Assembly (NCBI GenBank): GCA_018400295.1
Contig: JAGYMZ010000004.1
Location: 10,803-74,802, forward strand
Origin: Bacteroidales bacterium
GTDB taxonomy: Bacteria > Bacteroidota > Bacteroidia > Bacteroidales > B18-G4
Direction of reading: 5' to 3'
DNA length: 64,000 nucleotides
The notes beneath the pieces are model-generated. The model did no database searches. It was not told where the DNA came from and saw only the letters and a program-made list of their open reading frames with translations. Positions within the stretch are counted from its first letter, which is position 1. Every line of letters starts with the position of its first letter. The translations under genes and the position numbers were made by a program. Of the stretch, positions 34,606-44,432 are shown in pieces.

Positions 34606-36042
34606 TTACATCTTGATCTTTTTGTCCAGCTCTTCAACATAGATGCGGAACTGCTTGTCGGTTTCCACCAGGTTGTTGATGGTGCGGCAGGCATGAAGCA
34701 CCGTGGCGTGGTCCTTATTGCCGCAGTGGAGCCCTATGGTAGCCAGGGAAGCTTTGGTATGCTTCTTGGCAAAGTACATGGACAGCTGGCGGGCCTGCAC
34801 GATCTCCCGCTTGCGGGTCTTGGAGTTGATCGTATCCAGGGTCAGGTCGAAATAATCGCATACGATCTTCTGGATGTAGTCGATGGAAATTTCCCTGGCG
34901 GTATTCTTCACGAACTTGTCGATCATCTTTTTTGCCAGCTCCAGGGTGATGGCTTTTTTGTTCAGGGATGACTGCGCCAGGATGGATATCAGCGCTCCTT
35001 CCAGTTCGCGCACATTCGTGTTGACATTATACGCGATGTATTCGATCACCTCTTCAGGCATTTCTATGCCGTCGTTGTACAGGGTCTTTTGCAGGATGGC
35101 GATGCGTGTTTCCAGGTCGGGTTGCTGGAGGTCGGCCGCAAGGCCCCATTTGAACCGGGACAACAAGCGTGGTTCCAGGCCTTTCATTTCCACGGGCGGT
35201 TTATCGGAAGTCAGGATGATCTGCTTGTAATTCTGGTGCAGCTGGTTGAAAATATGGAAAAACACGTCCTGGGTCTTTTCTTTTCCGGAGAGGAACTGGA
35301 TGTCGTCCATAATAAGCACATCGATCATCTGGTAAAAATGCACAAAGTCGTTCTGGTTATTGTTTCTCACCGAGTCGATGTATTGTGCTATGAACTGTTC
35401 TGTGGTGACATACAATACGGTCTTGTCCGGGAAATTGTTTTTCGCCTGTATGCCGATGGCGTGGGCCAGGTGTGTCTTGCCGAGACCCACATCGCTGTAT
35501 ATCAGCAGTGGGTTGAAGGAGGTCTTGCCGGGGTTTTCGGAGACTGCATAACCGGCCGACCTGGCCAGGCGGTTGCAGTCTCCCTCGATAAAATTTTCAA
35601 AGGAATACGAATCGACCAATTGGGAGTTGACCTTGATCTTTTTGAGGCCTGGTATGACAAAAGGATTGGGTATGTCTTTGGATGCCCCCTTGTTTATATC
35701 GATCGGCATTTGCACCGGGGGATTGCCCAGGGCTTTTTTATTTGCCGTAGGTACCTTGATGGAATAGGGATTGGTATTGTTAAAGGAGTTGTCCATGATG
35801 ATGCTGTATTCCAACCGCCCTTCCGGACCCAACTCCTTTTTAATGGTCTTCTTGAGTAAGTTGATGTAATGCTCTTCCAGCCATTCGTAGAAAAACTGAC
35901 TGGGTACCTGTATGGTTAGTATGTGGTCTTTTAGTTTTAACGGCTTGATCGGAACGAACCATGTTTTATAACTCTGGTAATGAATGTTATCCTTAATAAT
36001 TTTCAGACAATTATCCCATACCTCATATGCATAATCCTTCAT
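34606..36042 (-). CDS. dnaA: Chromosomal replication initiator protein DnaA
   Basis: Walker A GLGKTHL, IMDDIQFL, the sensor region and the C-terminal DNA-binding helix KTRKREIVQARQLSMYFAK..T..SL..IG...G.KDHATVLHA. Confidence 0.97.
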   Translation of the reverse strand: MKDYAYEVWDNCLKIIKDNIHYQSYKTWFVPIKPLKLKDHILTIQVPSQFFYEWLEEHYINLLKKTIKKELGPEGRLEYSIIMDNSFNNTNPYSIKVPTANKKALGNPPVQMPIDINKGASKDIPNPFVIPGLKKIKVNSQLVDSYSFENFIEGDCNRLARSAGYAVSENPGKTSFNPLLIYSDVGLGKTHLAHAIGIQAKNNFPDKTVLYVTTEQFIAQYIDSVRNNNQNDFVHFYQMIDVLIMDDIQFLSGKEKTQDVFFHIFNQLHQNYKQIILTSDKPPVEMKGLEPRLLSRFKWGLAADLQQPDLETRIAILQKTLYNDGIEMPEEVIEYIAYNVNTNVRELEGALISILAQSSLNKKAITLELAKKMIDKFVKNTAREISIDYIQKIVCDYFDLTLDTINSKTRKREIVQARQLSMYFAKKHTKASLATIGLHCGNKDHATVLHACRTINNLVETDKQFRIYVEELDKKIKM

Positions 36043-36274
36043 GTTAGATGCTGATTATCAATGATTTAATAAATTCAATTCTTATTAAGGGTAAGTTGTG
36101 TGCCTTGGTTTGCTCAGGTTGCTGGAGCGTACTTTTTCGTTCAATGCCTCAACAAATGTGATGTAAAAAAAGTTAAAAAAAAAGAATTTCTTGCCTTGAC
36201 TTACAGAAAAAATTTTTGTATATAGGTACAATGCCAATTTGGTGTTACTCCCTTAATAAGAAGCAAATTAGAAT

Positions 36275-36901
36275 CTATTTACATAGATTTGAGAGTTCAA
36301 TTTTGACACCACGTATCTTGCTGAATCCGGCCCGGATCTTTTCGGTGTTTTTTTTCCGGGTTTGTATTTCCAGGCGGCAATCAAGTTCAAATTTCTGATT
36401 GATCACATTCAGGTTGTTTTCTTTTACCATTTTCATGACTTCGTTCATCATCGGGTAGGCATAATGCAGGTGGATCACATCGTAAAGGACCCTTTGTTCG
36501 ATGCGGGCATTGTTGAGTGCTGCCCGGGCCGAGGTTTTATAAGCCCTGACCAGTCCGCCGGCACCCAGTTTGATGCCGCCGAAATACCGCACCACCACAA
36601 CGAGAATGTCGGTAAGGCCCGCGGACAGGATCTGTCCGTAAATAGGCCGGCCGGCTGTTCCGGAAGGCTCTCCGTCATCGTTGATCCGGTAGCGTTCCTC
36701 TGCAAGCCCGAGGCGGTAGGCATAGCAATGATGCCGTGCATCGTGAAATTCCCTGCGCAGTGCTTCCAGCAATTCACTGATCGCATGCTCGTCTGCTGCC
36801 GGATATGCCCTGGCAATAAATTTACTGCCCTTGTCTTTATAAAGGCCCTCAGAAGGCCCGGCAATGGTTTTGTATGCATCGGTGATTTCAGGCATAGGCA
36901 A
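36275..36901 (-). CDS. YigZ / IMPACT family protein
   Basis: KGSKFIA...HHCYAYRLG...DDGEPSGTAGRPI...VVVVRYFGGIKLGAGGLVRAY is the UPF0029/IMPACT N-domain pattern. Confidence 0.85.
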   Translation of the reverse strand: MPMPEITDAYKTIAGPSEGLYKDKGSKFIARAYPAADEHAISELLEALRREFHDARHHCYAYRLGLAEERYRINDDGEPSGTAGRPIYGQILSAGLTDILVVVVRYFGGIKLGAGGLVRAYKTSARAALNNARIEQRVLYDVIHLHYAYPMMNEVMKMVKENNLNVINQKFELDCRLEIQTRKKNTEKIRAGFSKIRGVKIELSNLCK

Positions 36902-37742
36902 ACAGCAATATGGCTATGATGGCCAGGGCGATGCCTGACCAGTTGACCGGATCCAGTCTTTCCCGGAAGGCCAGGAAACCCAGGAGGGCAGATAAGCCCA
37001 CGATGCCTGTGTTTACAACGGGAAAAACCAGGGAGCTCTCGAAATGGACCAGCGAATGGATCATGTAATATGTGGATCCAAAATTTAACATCCCAAGGAT
37101 CATACCTGCAAAGATATTTTTAATTTTTATCCCGGGGGTGGAATTTTTCTTTTTAAGCAGGACATATGCAATGCCCAAAACAAAAGCGCTCAAAAAGACG
37201 ATGGAGAGGAATTCAATATCCTGGTCGCCGATCAGGTGGTGCTGTGCATACTTGAGCATGGAATCCACCGTTCCGTTCCCTGCAAACAGCAACAGGGGGA
37301 ACAGGATGTATTTTTGTTCTACCCGGACCTTCCCCGGCCGTTTCAGGGTCAGGTACAGGGCAACCAGCGCACACAGGATGCCCATGCCTTTGGGCAGGTT
37401 CATGTGTTCATGGTACAGGATGAATCCCAGGGTTACCGGTATGGCGACAGACATTTTGCTGGCCACGGATGTGAGGGCTATTCCTGCTTTTTGGCTCGAC
37501 ATGGCAAAAAGATAGTATACAAGGATAAAGAACAAGCCAAGCAGCAGTGCAAACCAGAACCACTCTGCCTGGATGATCCGGCCGGCCTGCATGGGTTCTT
37601 TGACCACCAGCATGCCAATCAGAAAAGCGATGAGATAATTCGTGCTGATGGCCTGCACATTATCGATTCCGTATTTGATGAACAGCTTGAACGCAACGAA
37701 CGTCAGGGTTGAGAAAAGTATTGCCAGGATCAGGGATGTCAT
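36888..37742 (-). CDS. DMT superfamily (EamA-like) membrane transporter
   Basis: 284 aa, about 10 hydrophobic segments with a two-halves organisation. It overlaps yigZ by 14 nt. Confidence 0.7.
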   Translation of the reverse strand: MTSLILAILFSTLTFVAFKLFIKYGIDNVQAISTNYLIAFLIGMLVVKEPMQAGRIIQAEWFWFALLLGLFFILVYYLFAMSSQKAGIALTSVASKMSVAIPVTLGFILYHEHMNLPKGMGILCALVALYLTLKRPGKVRVEQKYILFPLLLFAGNGTVDSMLKYAQHHLIGDQDIEFLSIVFLSAFVLGIAYVLLKKKNSTPGIKIKNIFAGMILGMLNFGSTYYMIHSLVHFESSLVFPVVNTGIVGLSALLGFLAFRERLDPVNWSGIALAIIAILLFAYA

Positions 37743-37750
37743 TGCACCGT

Positions 37751-39013
37751 TCAGATATACCGTTGATAGAATTCCAAAAAGCGTCCCGCAATGGCTTCCC
37801 AGCTGTATTCTTCCACGATCTTCTTATAGGCTGCTTCACTCAGCGTCTGGTTCAGGGCTTTGTCCCGCAGCAGTCTGAGCATGGCCCGGGAGAATTCCGC
37901 CTCGTCTGAAGGGTCCACCAGCAAGCCGTTCTCTCCGTCGGTGATCACATTGCGAATGCCCCCGAATTTGGAAGCCACCACGGTTTTACCGCAGGCCATG
38001 GCTTCCTGGGAGGTCATGCCGAAGGGTTCGAAGAGGGAGGGCAAGACGAACATTTCTGCGTTCTGGTACCAGGAAAGCAAGGCATTGTCGGGTACATAGC
38101 CGATCATCCGGACCCGTTCCCCCATTCCCCTCTCCCGGATGATGTCGTGCATCCTTTCGAATACCCCCCTTTCTCTTTCGCCGGGGTCCTGGGAACCGCC
38201 GCCGATCACCAGCATAACCTGTTCGTCTTCGCTACATACACGGCTGAATGCTTTCAGCAGGAAATCGTGCCCTTTGTTGGTGTCGATGCGGCTCAGGCAG
38301 AAAATGTATTTTTGCGGGATCCCGTCCATGTTGTTTTCCCGGGGCGTGTCCCGGGGTTTGAACCGGTGTATGTCCACGCCCGGGGGAATGATCCCGATAT
38401 TCCGGTTCCGGACCTCATACAATTCTTCCAGCTTTTCCATCTGGACTTCAGAGGTTAGCGTATGGCCATTGACTTTATCGAATATGCGCTGTTCTTCGGA
38501 TATCCTGTGCCTGAAATTGAACTTTTTTTCCATCACAACAGGATCGCCGCCCATTTGCTGTCTTTTCCAGGCTCCCAGGGAATGTGCGGTAAAGAAAGGG
38601 GGTTTATTCAGGGCTTCGGCCACATCCAGCGTTACAATGCCTGCATCTACATAATGGCCGTGATACAGGTCGTAACCGGAAGTGTTTTTTTTCACCCAGG
38701 ATATCATGTTTTCCGACAGTTCGGGAAGGAAGTCGTAGATGGTTTCCTTGGGCATGAATTCCCAGGGCCCGGAGTGGATGCGTATGACCCTTACGTCCGG
38801 ATGGCCGGGAACCGGGTTGACCTGGGCCTGGGTTTTATCAAACCACCGGGTGAAGATATCTACCGGTATGCCTTGGCGTGAAATGGCGTTGGCCAGTTCA
38901 AGGACATATACTACCTGTCCTCCTGTATCGGTCCTGCCCAGCATGGGCACCGGATCAAAATATCCGTGTGTGCTGAGCATGGCAATGCGTTGAAATTTTT
39001 GTTGCATGGTCAC
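37751..39013 (-). CDS. GT4 glycosyltransferase of the sucrose-phosphate-synthase-like type
   Basis: N-terminal STHGYFDPVPMLGRTDTGGQVVYVLELA...VDIFTR matches the SPS/mannosylfructose-phosphate-synthase glycosyltransferase signature, and the C-terminal EPFGMTSQEAMACG is an E-x7-E motif. Start is GTG at 39013 or ATG at 39007. Confidence 0.75.
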   Translation of the reverse strand: MTMQQKFQRIAMLSTHGYFDPVPMLGRTDTGGQVVYVLELANAISRQGIPVDIFTRWFDKTQAQVNPVPGHPDVRVIRIHSGPWEFMPKETIYDFLPELSENMISWVKKNTSGYDLYHGHYVDAGIVTLDVAEALNKPPFFTAHSLGAWKRQQMGGDPVVMEKKFNFRHRISEEQRIFDKVNGHTLTSEVQMEKLEELYEVRNRNIGIIPPGVDIHRFKPRDTPRENNMDGIPQKYIFCLSRIDTNKGHDFLLKAFSRVCSEDEQVMLVIGGGSQDPGERERGVFERMHDIIRERGMGERVRMIGYVPDNALLSWYQNAEMFVLPSLFEPFGMTSQEAMACGKTVVASKFGGIRNVITDGENGLLVDPSDEAEFSRAMLRLLRDKALNQTLSEAAYKKIVEEYSWEAIAGRFLEFYQRYI

Positions 39014-39654
39014 TGAATGTTGGTTACGGAGTAATCTTTATGCACGATGATATCAGCCCTGGATTTGTGTTTGGATATGATCCCGTGTTCAATGGAAAGG
39101 ATCTTTTCGAGGTATTCATCCTGATGTTCACGTGCGCGTTCTTTTCTGGCGTCCCGCGTATCTTCGGCATTCCGGTTGATGAATACGCGGGTGCCGGCAT
39201 TTTCCAGCGCCGTTGTATAGGTCCCTTCCACGATAATGAGCTTTTTACCGGTGAGGTCAATACGTTCTTCACGGATGCTGTCTTCATCGAAGATCACCAG
39301 CGGCTTGTCTATTACATGGATGCCATTGCGGATGGCGTTCAGGATCTCTTCCAGCAGGTCCATCTTGACTTCACCCATGCCTACCCAGCCAATGTTCTCT
39401 TTCCTTTTCTGCGCATTGGTTTTGGGAGGAAAGATAAAAAAGTCGTCTTGCTGGAATATATAACTGTCAATGCCCTCTTCCTCCATTTTACCGGCAATGG
39501 CAGCGGCCAGCTCCGATTTGCCGGCCCCGGATTCCCCGGCCACGGTAATGATGTAATGCTCTGTGGCTTCCCGGACATATGGAAGTATGATCCTGGTTAT
39601 TTCTGCTGCTGCCTTCCTGTGATGTTCCTTTATGATCAGAATATCGCCTTTCAT
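39010..39654 (-). CDS. P-loop kinase of the uridine kinase / phosphoribulokinase family
   Basis: ITVAGESGAGKSELA Walker A followed by QQDDFF (udk-like D-x-F/Y-Y context) and LIIVEGTY. Start at MKGDILII (cat at 39652-39654). Its stop overlaps or abuts the GT4 start. Confidence 0.65.
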   Translation of the reverse strand: MKGDILIIKEHHRKAAAEITRIILPYVREATEHYIITVAGESGAGKSELAAAIAGKMEEEGIDSYIFQQDDFFIFPPKTNAQKRKENIGWVGMGEVKMDLLEEILNAIRNGIHVIDKPLVIFDEDSIREERIDLTGKKLIIVEGTYTTALENAGTRVFINRNAEDTRDARKERAREHQDEYLEKILSIEHGIISKHKSRADIIVHKDYSVTNIQ

Positions 39655-39789
39655 GGGTTGGTGTTTATTTATATATGCAACGGATCCCGGGTTCTGGGCA
39701 GGGGCCCGGGGATGTCTCCGGACCGGTCTGAGATCCGGAACCATTCCCTATCTTTGCACTGTCAAATATACAATTTTTGCTGTATACCC

Positions 39790-40653
39790 ATGCATTTCGA
39801 CCCGCCTACATACAGGAACATCCGGAATGCTTTTTTAAGCGAGCTGAAGGGCATTATGGATGAGCCGGAGATCCGGTCTGTCTTCCGGATGGTAACAGAA
39901 AAATATGCCGGGCATGCCGGGCCGGACCTGACCTTTCGGCTGGACGAAAATGCCGGCCCTGACATCCTGTGCAGATACCGTGATGCCCTGGATCAACTGA
40001 AGCGATCCTGCCCTGTGCAGTACCTTTTGAAGGAAGCCCGTTTTTATGGTCTGGTTTTCCGGGTGGCGGAAGGGGTGCTGATCCCACGCCCGGAAACGGA
40101 AGAACTGGTCCGGTGGGTGGTGGAAGACCACCGGGGATACGGCCCGCTCCGGATCATGGACATTGGCACGGGCAGCGGTTGTATTGCCGTGTCCCTGAGT
40201 TTGCATTTGCCCGGAGCGGATGTGGATGCGCTGGACATATCTGCCCGGGCTATTGAAATTGCTTCGTATAATGCGTGGAAATATCATGCCGGTGTTCGTT
40301 TTTTCAAAGCCGATATATTGAACCATGAAAATCTGGATTTTCTGACGGATTACGACATCCTGGTGAGCAACCCCCCATACGTGCGTGCATGTGAAAAAAA
40401 GTGGATGCGCCAGAATGTGCTTCGGTACGAACCTGAAGAAGCCCTGTTTGTGAAGGATGATGCCCCGCTGGTCTTTTATGACGCGGTGCTGGGGTTTGCG
40501 GAAAAACATCTGAAACCGGGGGGACATATATATGCCGAGATCAATGAATCCCTGGCCGGTGATGTGATGGAAAAGGGACGACAAAAAGGGTATGCCGAAG
40601 TGGTTTTGAAACAGGACATGCATGGCAGGGACCGGATGCTGAGGTTCTCCTGA
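39790..40653 (+). CDS. prmC: Peptide chain release factor N5-glutamine methyltransferase
   Basis: VLIPRPETEELV, DIGTGSGCIA and VSNPPYV are the HemK/PrmC motifs. Only the last 288 codons of the 537-aa ORF are genuine; the upstream part is antisense to the kinase gene. Confidence 0.9.
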   Translation: MHFDPPTYRNIRNAFLSELKGIMDEPEIRSVFRMVTEKYAGHAGPDLTFRLDENAGPDILCRYRDALDQLKRSCPVQYLLKEARFYGLVFRVAEGVLIPRPETEELVRWVVEDHRGYGPLRIMDIGTGSGCIAVSLSLHLPGADVDALDISARAIEIASYNAWKYHAGVRFFKADILNHENLDFLTDYDILVSNPPYVRACEKKWMRQNVLRYEPEEALFVKDDAPLVFYDAVLGFAEKHLKPGGHIYAEINESLAGDVMEKGRQKGYAEVVLKQDMHGRDRMLRFS

Positions 40654-40917
40654 TCAGTATTCCCGCCTCCTGAGCAGGGGGATGTATTCCGAGTATTCGC
40701 CGAAAAGGCGGTTGATCTTTCCCAGGTATTTTTTTTCTGTGTGTTCCGGCAATGCGAGTTTACGGATCTCATAAATGGCATCTTCTTCCAGCCAGGGCAT
40801 CAGTTGCCGGCCGGAACTGTATTCGGAGGCGTCGGAATCCCAAAGGATGCAAAGCAGCACCTCCTTCACCTCTTCAAGGATATGATCTGCTTGTTCCTGT
40901 TTGCTGCGAGGCTTCAT
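40654..40917 (-). CDS. Small hypothetical protein
   Basis: 87-aa ORF filling the gap between prmC and the PiT gene. It has an acidic, plausible composition, but no family was recognised. Confidence 0.35.
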   Translation of the reverse strand: MKPRSKQEQADHILEEVKEVLLCILWDSDASEYSSGRQLMPWLEEDAIYEIRKLALPEHTEKKYLGKINRLFGEYSEYIPLLRRREY

Positions 40918-40986
40918 GATCCGACATGAGATTTATTGTCATTCAAAGGTAAGCATTCCTTTAAATACATGAAAGGCTCGCGGAGC

Positions 40987-43260
40987 TTATGAAACGGTAT
41001 CGTCGTTCTGGGGATGCTCCTTTACGAAATCCTTCATGGATTTGAGCAATTGCATGAGGTAGAGGTTCATGTTTTTCATCTCACCGATCAGGTTCAGGAA
41101 CAATAAGCTGTTCTTGGTTCCGGCTTCATGTGCTTTGATGCGCTTGATCTGTTTTTTGCGTACCGATTCGATGTTATCCAATATGTTCGACTGCAGGTTG
41201 GAAGCGAATTCAATGTCGTCGAACACTTTATTTTGTATGTGCTGATTGACAAGAGAGAAGAGGGCTTTGACCTTGGATGTGAGCTCCAGGGTCTCATCCA
41301 GTTGTATTTTCAGGAAGCCTTTGTGATTGTTGTCGATGTGCTGGTATGAGGATACGGTGATATGATAAATACAGTTGGAAATCTCTTTGAGGTAATCCAC
41401 CACCTGAACGTAAAAATGACCCGTGTCGATGGAACCTTCTTCCATTTTTTCTATGGTCTTGTGGATATTATTCTTCAGGTATTTTGTCTTTTTCCGGATC
41501 TCGGTCCCCTGTTTGAGGGCCTTTTTCAAGGTCTTCATGTCTTCCTCCCTGAGGCCATGGAATACGTCTTCCAGGATCACGGGGATTTCCTGCAGGATGT
41601 CAATTACGGTATCTGCACTCCGGCTGATCACATTTTCCCCGTTAATGGATCCTTCAGAGGTGCCATAGGTTTCTTTGCGGATTTTTTCTTTTTCCCGTTT
41701 CCTGTGCATGTAATGTGTACGGATGATCAAAAGAACGGCCACGATGATGAGCAGGACGATGGCGATCATGTTCCCGTAATAGATGGCAATGGCGACGAGG
41801 AATGCCACGGTAAAGGCAGACAGGGCGGTCAGGAACCATCCGCCGATGACAGACAGAACGCCGGTAATACGGTATACGGCACTTTCCCTTCCCCAGGCCC
41901 TGTCGGACAGGGATGTGCCCATAGCTACCATGAAGGTCACGTAGGTAGTGGAAAGCGGGAGTTTCAGGGAGGTCCCGAAAGCGATCAGGATACTGGCCAC
42001 AACCAGGTTGACCGATGCCCGGATAAGGTCGAAGGTAGCTTTGTCTTTTGCAATGGGCTTTTGCGAGGATATTTCTTCCGGAAGCTGGAAACGCTTATCG
42101 ATCTGCCGCATTACCTGCCGGGGGATAATATATTTGAATGCATCGTTCACTTTACGTGTGCTCCTTACAAGGGTGCGGGAGATCAGCGTGGATTCAAAGC
42201 GTTCCATCCCTTCATCCTGCCTGCTTAGATTCAGTTCGGTCGCTATCACGGATTTGGCTTTGCGGGAAGTCCAGAGTGTGACCACCATGATCAGGCCGGC
42301 CCCCAGCAGAAAAAGGGTAGGGGTTTTGATGGATTTGGTAAGGGCTGTCATCATATAGGTATCCGGGATTGCTCCGGGTTGGTTGATGAATGCTTTAAAA
42401 GATTCGTATCCTGCCAGTGGCACACCGATGAAGTTCACAAGGTCGTTTCCGGCAAAAGCCATAGCCAGGGCGAAGGTGCCTATCAATACAATGATCTTCA
42501 GGGGATTGATGCGTGTGAACCAGGTCAGGAGCTGAAAGATCAAGGTCCAGCCAATCAAACTGTAAAGGATGATGATCCCCGTATTGTTCATGATCCACGC
42601 GAGGTTCTCCCCTTCAATGAAAGAGGAGCCTTTTGCCCCTTTGATCAGGATGAAATACGTGATGGCGGTTACAGACAATCCACCCCATACAGCGCCGAAA
42701 TATTTTAGCTTGCTTTTAAAGTTAAAGGTGAAGGCCATCCTGGCAAAGTATTGCACAATAGCCCCGATGGAAAAAGCGATGACAATGGAAAGGAGAATGC
42801 CCGATATGATGGCCAGCGCCTTTCCGGAATTTATGTAGGCGACCATTTGCTCCGGCCCCTGGGTATTGAATATTTTTAAGGTGGCGACGGCCACCGCGGC
42901 TCCCAGAAGCTCAAAGACAATGGATACGGTTGTGGATGTGGGCAGTCCGAATGTGTTGAAGGTATCGAGCAAAATTACATCCGTGATCATGACGGCCAGG
43001 AAAATGATCATGATCTCTGCAAAGGTGAACTGATCGGGATGAAATATCCCTTTCCGCGCAACCTCCATCAGGCCGCTGGAAAAAGTGGCCCCAACAAGGA
43101 CACCGAGGGCGGCGATGATCATGATGACTCTGAAAGAAGCAGCTTTGGAGCCTATGGCTGAATTAAGAAAATTAACGGCATCGTTGCTAACGCCAACGAT
43201 CAGATCTGAGGCGGCCAGTCCAAACAAAACAATTACCAGGATCAGATAAAATGTGTCCAT
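40987..43260 (-). CDS. Inorganic phosphate transporter (PiT/PHO4 family) with a long PhoU-like cytoplasmic C-terminal domain
   Basis: The N-terminal GVSNDAVNFLNSAIGS and second-half GNDLVNFIGVPLAG are the PiT repeat signatures. The last ~230 aa are helical and PhoU-like, similar to the tail of Na/Pi cotransporters. Confidence 0.85.
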   Translation of the reverse strand: MDTFYLILVIVLFGLAASDLIVGVSNDAVNFLNSAIGSKAASFRVIMIIAALGVLVGATFSSGLMEVARKGIFHPDQFTFAEIMIIFLAVMITDVILLDTFNTFGLPTSTTVSIVFELLGAAVAVATLKIFNTQGPEQMVAYINSGKALAIISGILLSIVIAFSIGAIVQYFARMAFTFNFKSKLKYFGAVWGGLSVTAITYFILIKGAKGSSFIEGENLAWIMNNTGIIILYSLIGWTLIFQLLTWFTRINPLKIIVLIGTFALAMAFAGNDLVNFIGVPLAGYESFKAFINQPGAIPDTYMMTALTKSIKTPTLFLLGAGLIMVVTLWTSRKAKSVIATELNLSRQDEGMERFESTLISRTLVRSTRKVNDAFKYIIPRQVMRQIDKRFQLPEEISSQKPIAKDKATFDLIRASVNLVVASILIAFGTSLKLPLSTTYVTFMVAMGTSLSDRAWGRESAVYRITGVLSVIGGWFLTALSAFTVAFLVAIAIYYGNMIAIVLLIIVAVLLIIRTHYMHRKREKEKIRKETYGTSEGSINGENVISRSADTVIDILQEIPVILEDVFHGLREEDMKTLKKALKQGTEIRKKTKYLKNNIHKTIEKMEEGSIDTGHFYVQVVDYLKEISNCIYHITVSSYQHIDNNHKGFLKIQLDETLELTSKVKALFSLVNQHIQNKVFDDIEFASNLQSNILDNIESVRKKQIKRIKAHEAGTKNSLLFLNLIGEMKNMNLYLMQLLKSMKDFVKEHPQNDDTVS

Positions 43261-43328
43261 TATGGAGAAGCGTTGGTCAGCAAATTTAATTAGGCAATCC
43301 TGATGATTTCATTTTCCAGTATTAAATA

Positions 43329-43352
43329 AATGTTAAGTTTTTTCTTAACATT
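43329..43352. promoter_or_regulatory. Perfect palindrome AATGTTAAG-N6-CTTAACATT in a divergent promoter region (candidate operator)
   Basis: Read directly. It is located in the 131-bp AT-rich gap between the divergently transcribed PiT gene (start 43260) and porin gene (start 43392). It cannot be a terminator because no gene reads into it. Confidence 0.5.
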
Positions 43353-43391
43353 GCAATATTATTTTTTCTGATAAACCGAGCCGTTTTATGC

Positions 43392-44417
43392 ATGCTTTTT
43401 TCAAAAATGAAAGATACTGATTTTTTTATTTTCTTAACGGTTTTTTTCCTGTTGTCCGGACCGGTTTTTCCTCAAGAATCTGATAATAAAGGGTTTTGGG
43501 AGAACGGAAAACCCATCCTGAGGGTTTTCAGCAACTTTCATACAGGGATTTCCGAGGACAATGACAATTCGGCATTTGAGATACGAAGGGCCTATCTGGG
43601 GTATCAGAACCAGCTCTCGGAGAATTTCATGGTTCTGGTCAAATTGGACATAGGGAGTCCGGAAGATCTTTCGGAGTTTTCCCTGCTGCGCCGGTATGCC
43701 TATTTTAAAAATGCTGCGCTGAGGTTTTCAATGGGCAAGTTCCGTTCGCATTTCGGGATCGTGGATGCCATGCAGTTCCGGTTGCAGGAAAGTTTCTGGG
43801 ACCATCGCTATGTTTATAAATCCTTCCAGGATGAACACCGCTTCGGGGCTTCCGCTGATCTGGGCTGGAATATTGTATACCGGATGAACCGGTATGTGTC
43901 GGCCGATTTCTCGGTCATGAACGGCGAAGGGTATACGCAGTTGCAGACGGACAATACCTATAAGGGCGCCCTGGGTATCAGCCTGTACCCGGTGGAATCA
44001 CTGACATTACGTGTCTATTATGACCTGATGGCATGCGGTGTAAGCCAACAGACCATTGCTGCTTTTGCCGGTTACCGGATGCATGAAACCCTGGCCCTGG
44101 GCGTTGAATACAATGTCAAGATCAACGAAGACTATAAGGATGGTCATAACCGCGACGGGTATTCGGTTTACGGGTACTGGAATTTTTTCCGGGAATATCA
44201 GGTATTTTTGCGGTACGATTTTATCCGGTCTTCGGTCACGGAGCAAGACGGAAAACCCTGGGACCTGGTTTCAGACGGAAGTGCGTTTGTTGGGGGGATA
44301 CAGTACATGCCCATCCAAAACATACGGATCGCATTGAATTATCAGGACTGGTATCCCTATGCAGGCAATTTGCCGAACAAGTCATACCTCTACCTGAACC
44401 TGGAATATAAATTATAA
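43392..44417 (+). CDS. Outer-membrane porin, phosphate-selective porin O/P-like
   Basis: Signal-like N-terminus, alternating beta-strand pattern, and FEIRRAYLGY, which is typical of Porin_O_P-like proteins. The genomic context is phosphate transporters. Confidence 0.55.
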   Translation: MLFSKMKDTDFFIFLTVFFLLSGPVFPQESDNKGFWENGKPILRVFSNFHTGISEDNDNSAFEIRRAYLGYQNQLSENFMVLVKLDIGSPEDLSEFSLLRRYAYFKNAALRFSMGKFRSHFGIVDAMQFRLQESFWDHRYVYKSFQDEHRFGASADLGWNIVYRMNRYVSADFSVMNGEGYTQLQTDNTYKGALGISLYPVESLTLRVYYDLMACGVSQQTIAAFAGYRMHETLALGVEYNVKINEDYKDGHNRDGYSVYGYWNFFREYQVFLRYDFIRSSVTEQDGKPWDLVSDGSAFVGGIQYMPIQNIRIALNYQDWYPYAGNLPNKSYLYLNLEYKL

Positions 44418-44432
44418 ACTGATCCCCTGGAT

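Noticed and set aside
36043-36274. Possible oriC in the AT-rich region upstream of dnaA (includes an A10 run)
   Set aside because: Scanning by eye found no sequence within two mismatches of the DnaA box TTATCCACA/TGTGGATAA. Gene orientation does not switch here: genes on both sides are on the minus strand. The region is more simply the dnaA promoter. A genome-wide GC-skew and DnaA-box scan would be needed to locate the origin.
39040-39789. N-terminal 250 codons of the 537-aa plus-strand ORF ending at 40653
   Set aside because: This part is antisense to the uridine-kinase-like gene and has no motifs. PrmC homology begins only at the Met at 39790.
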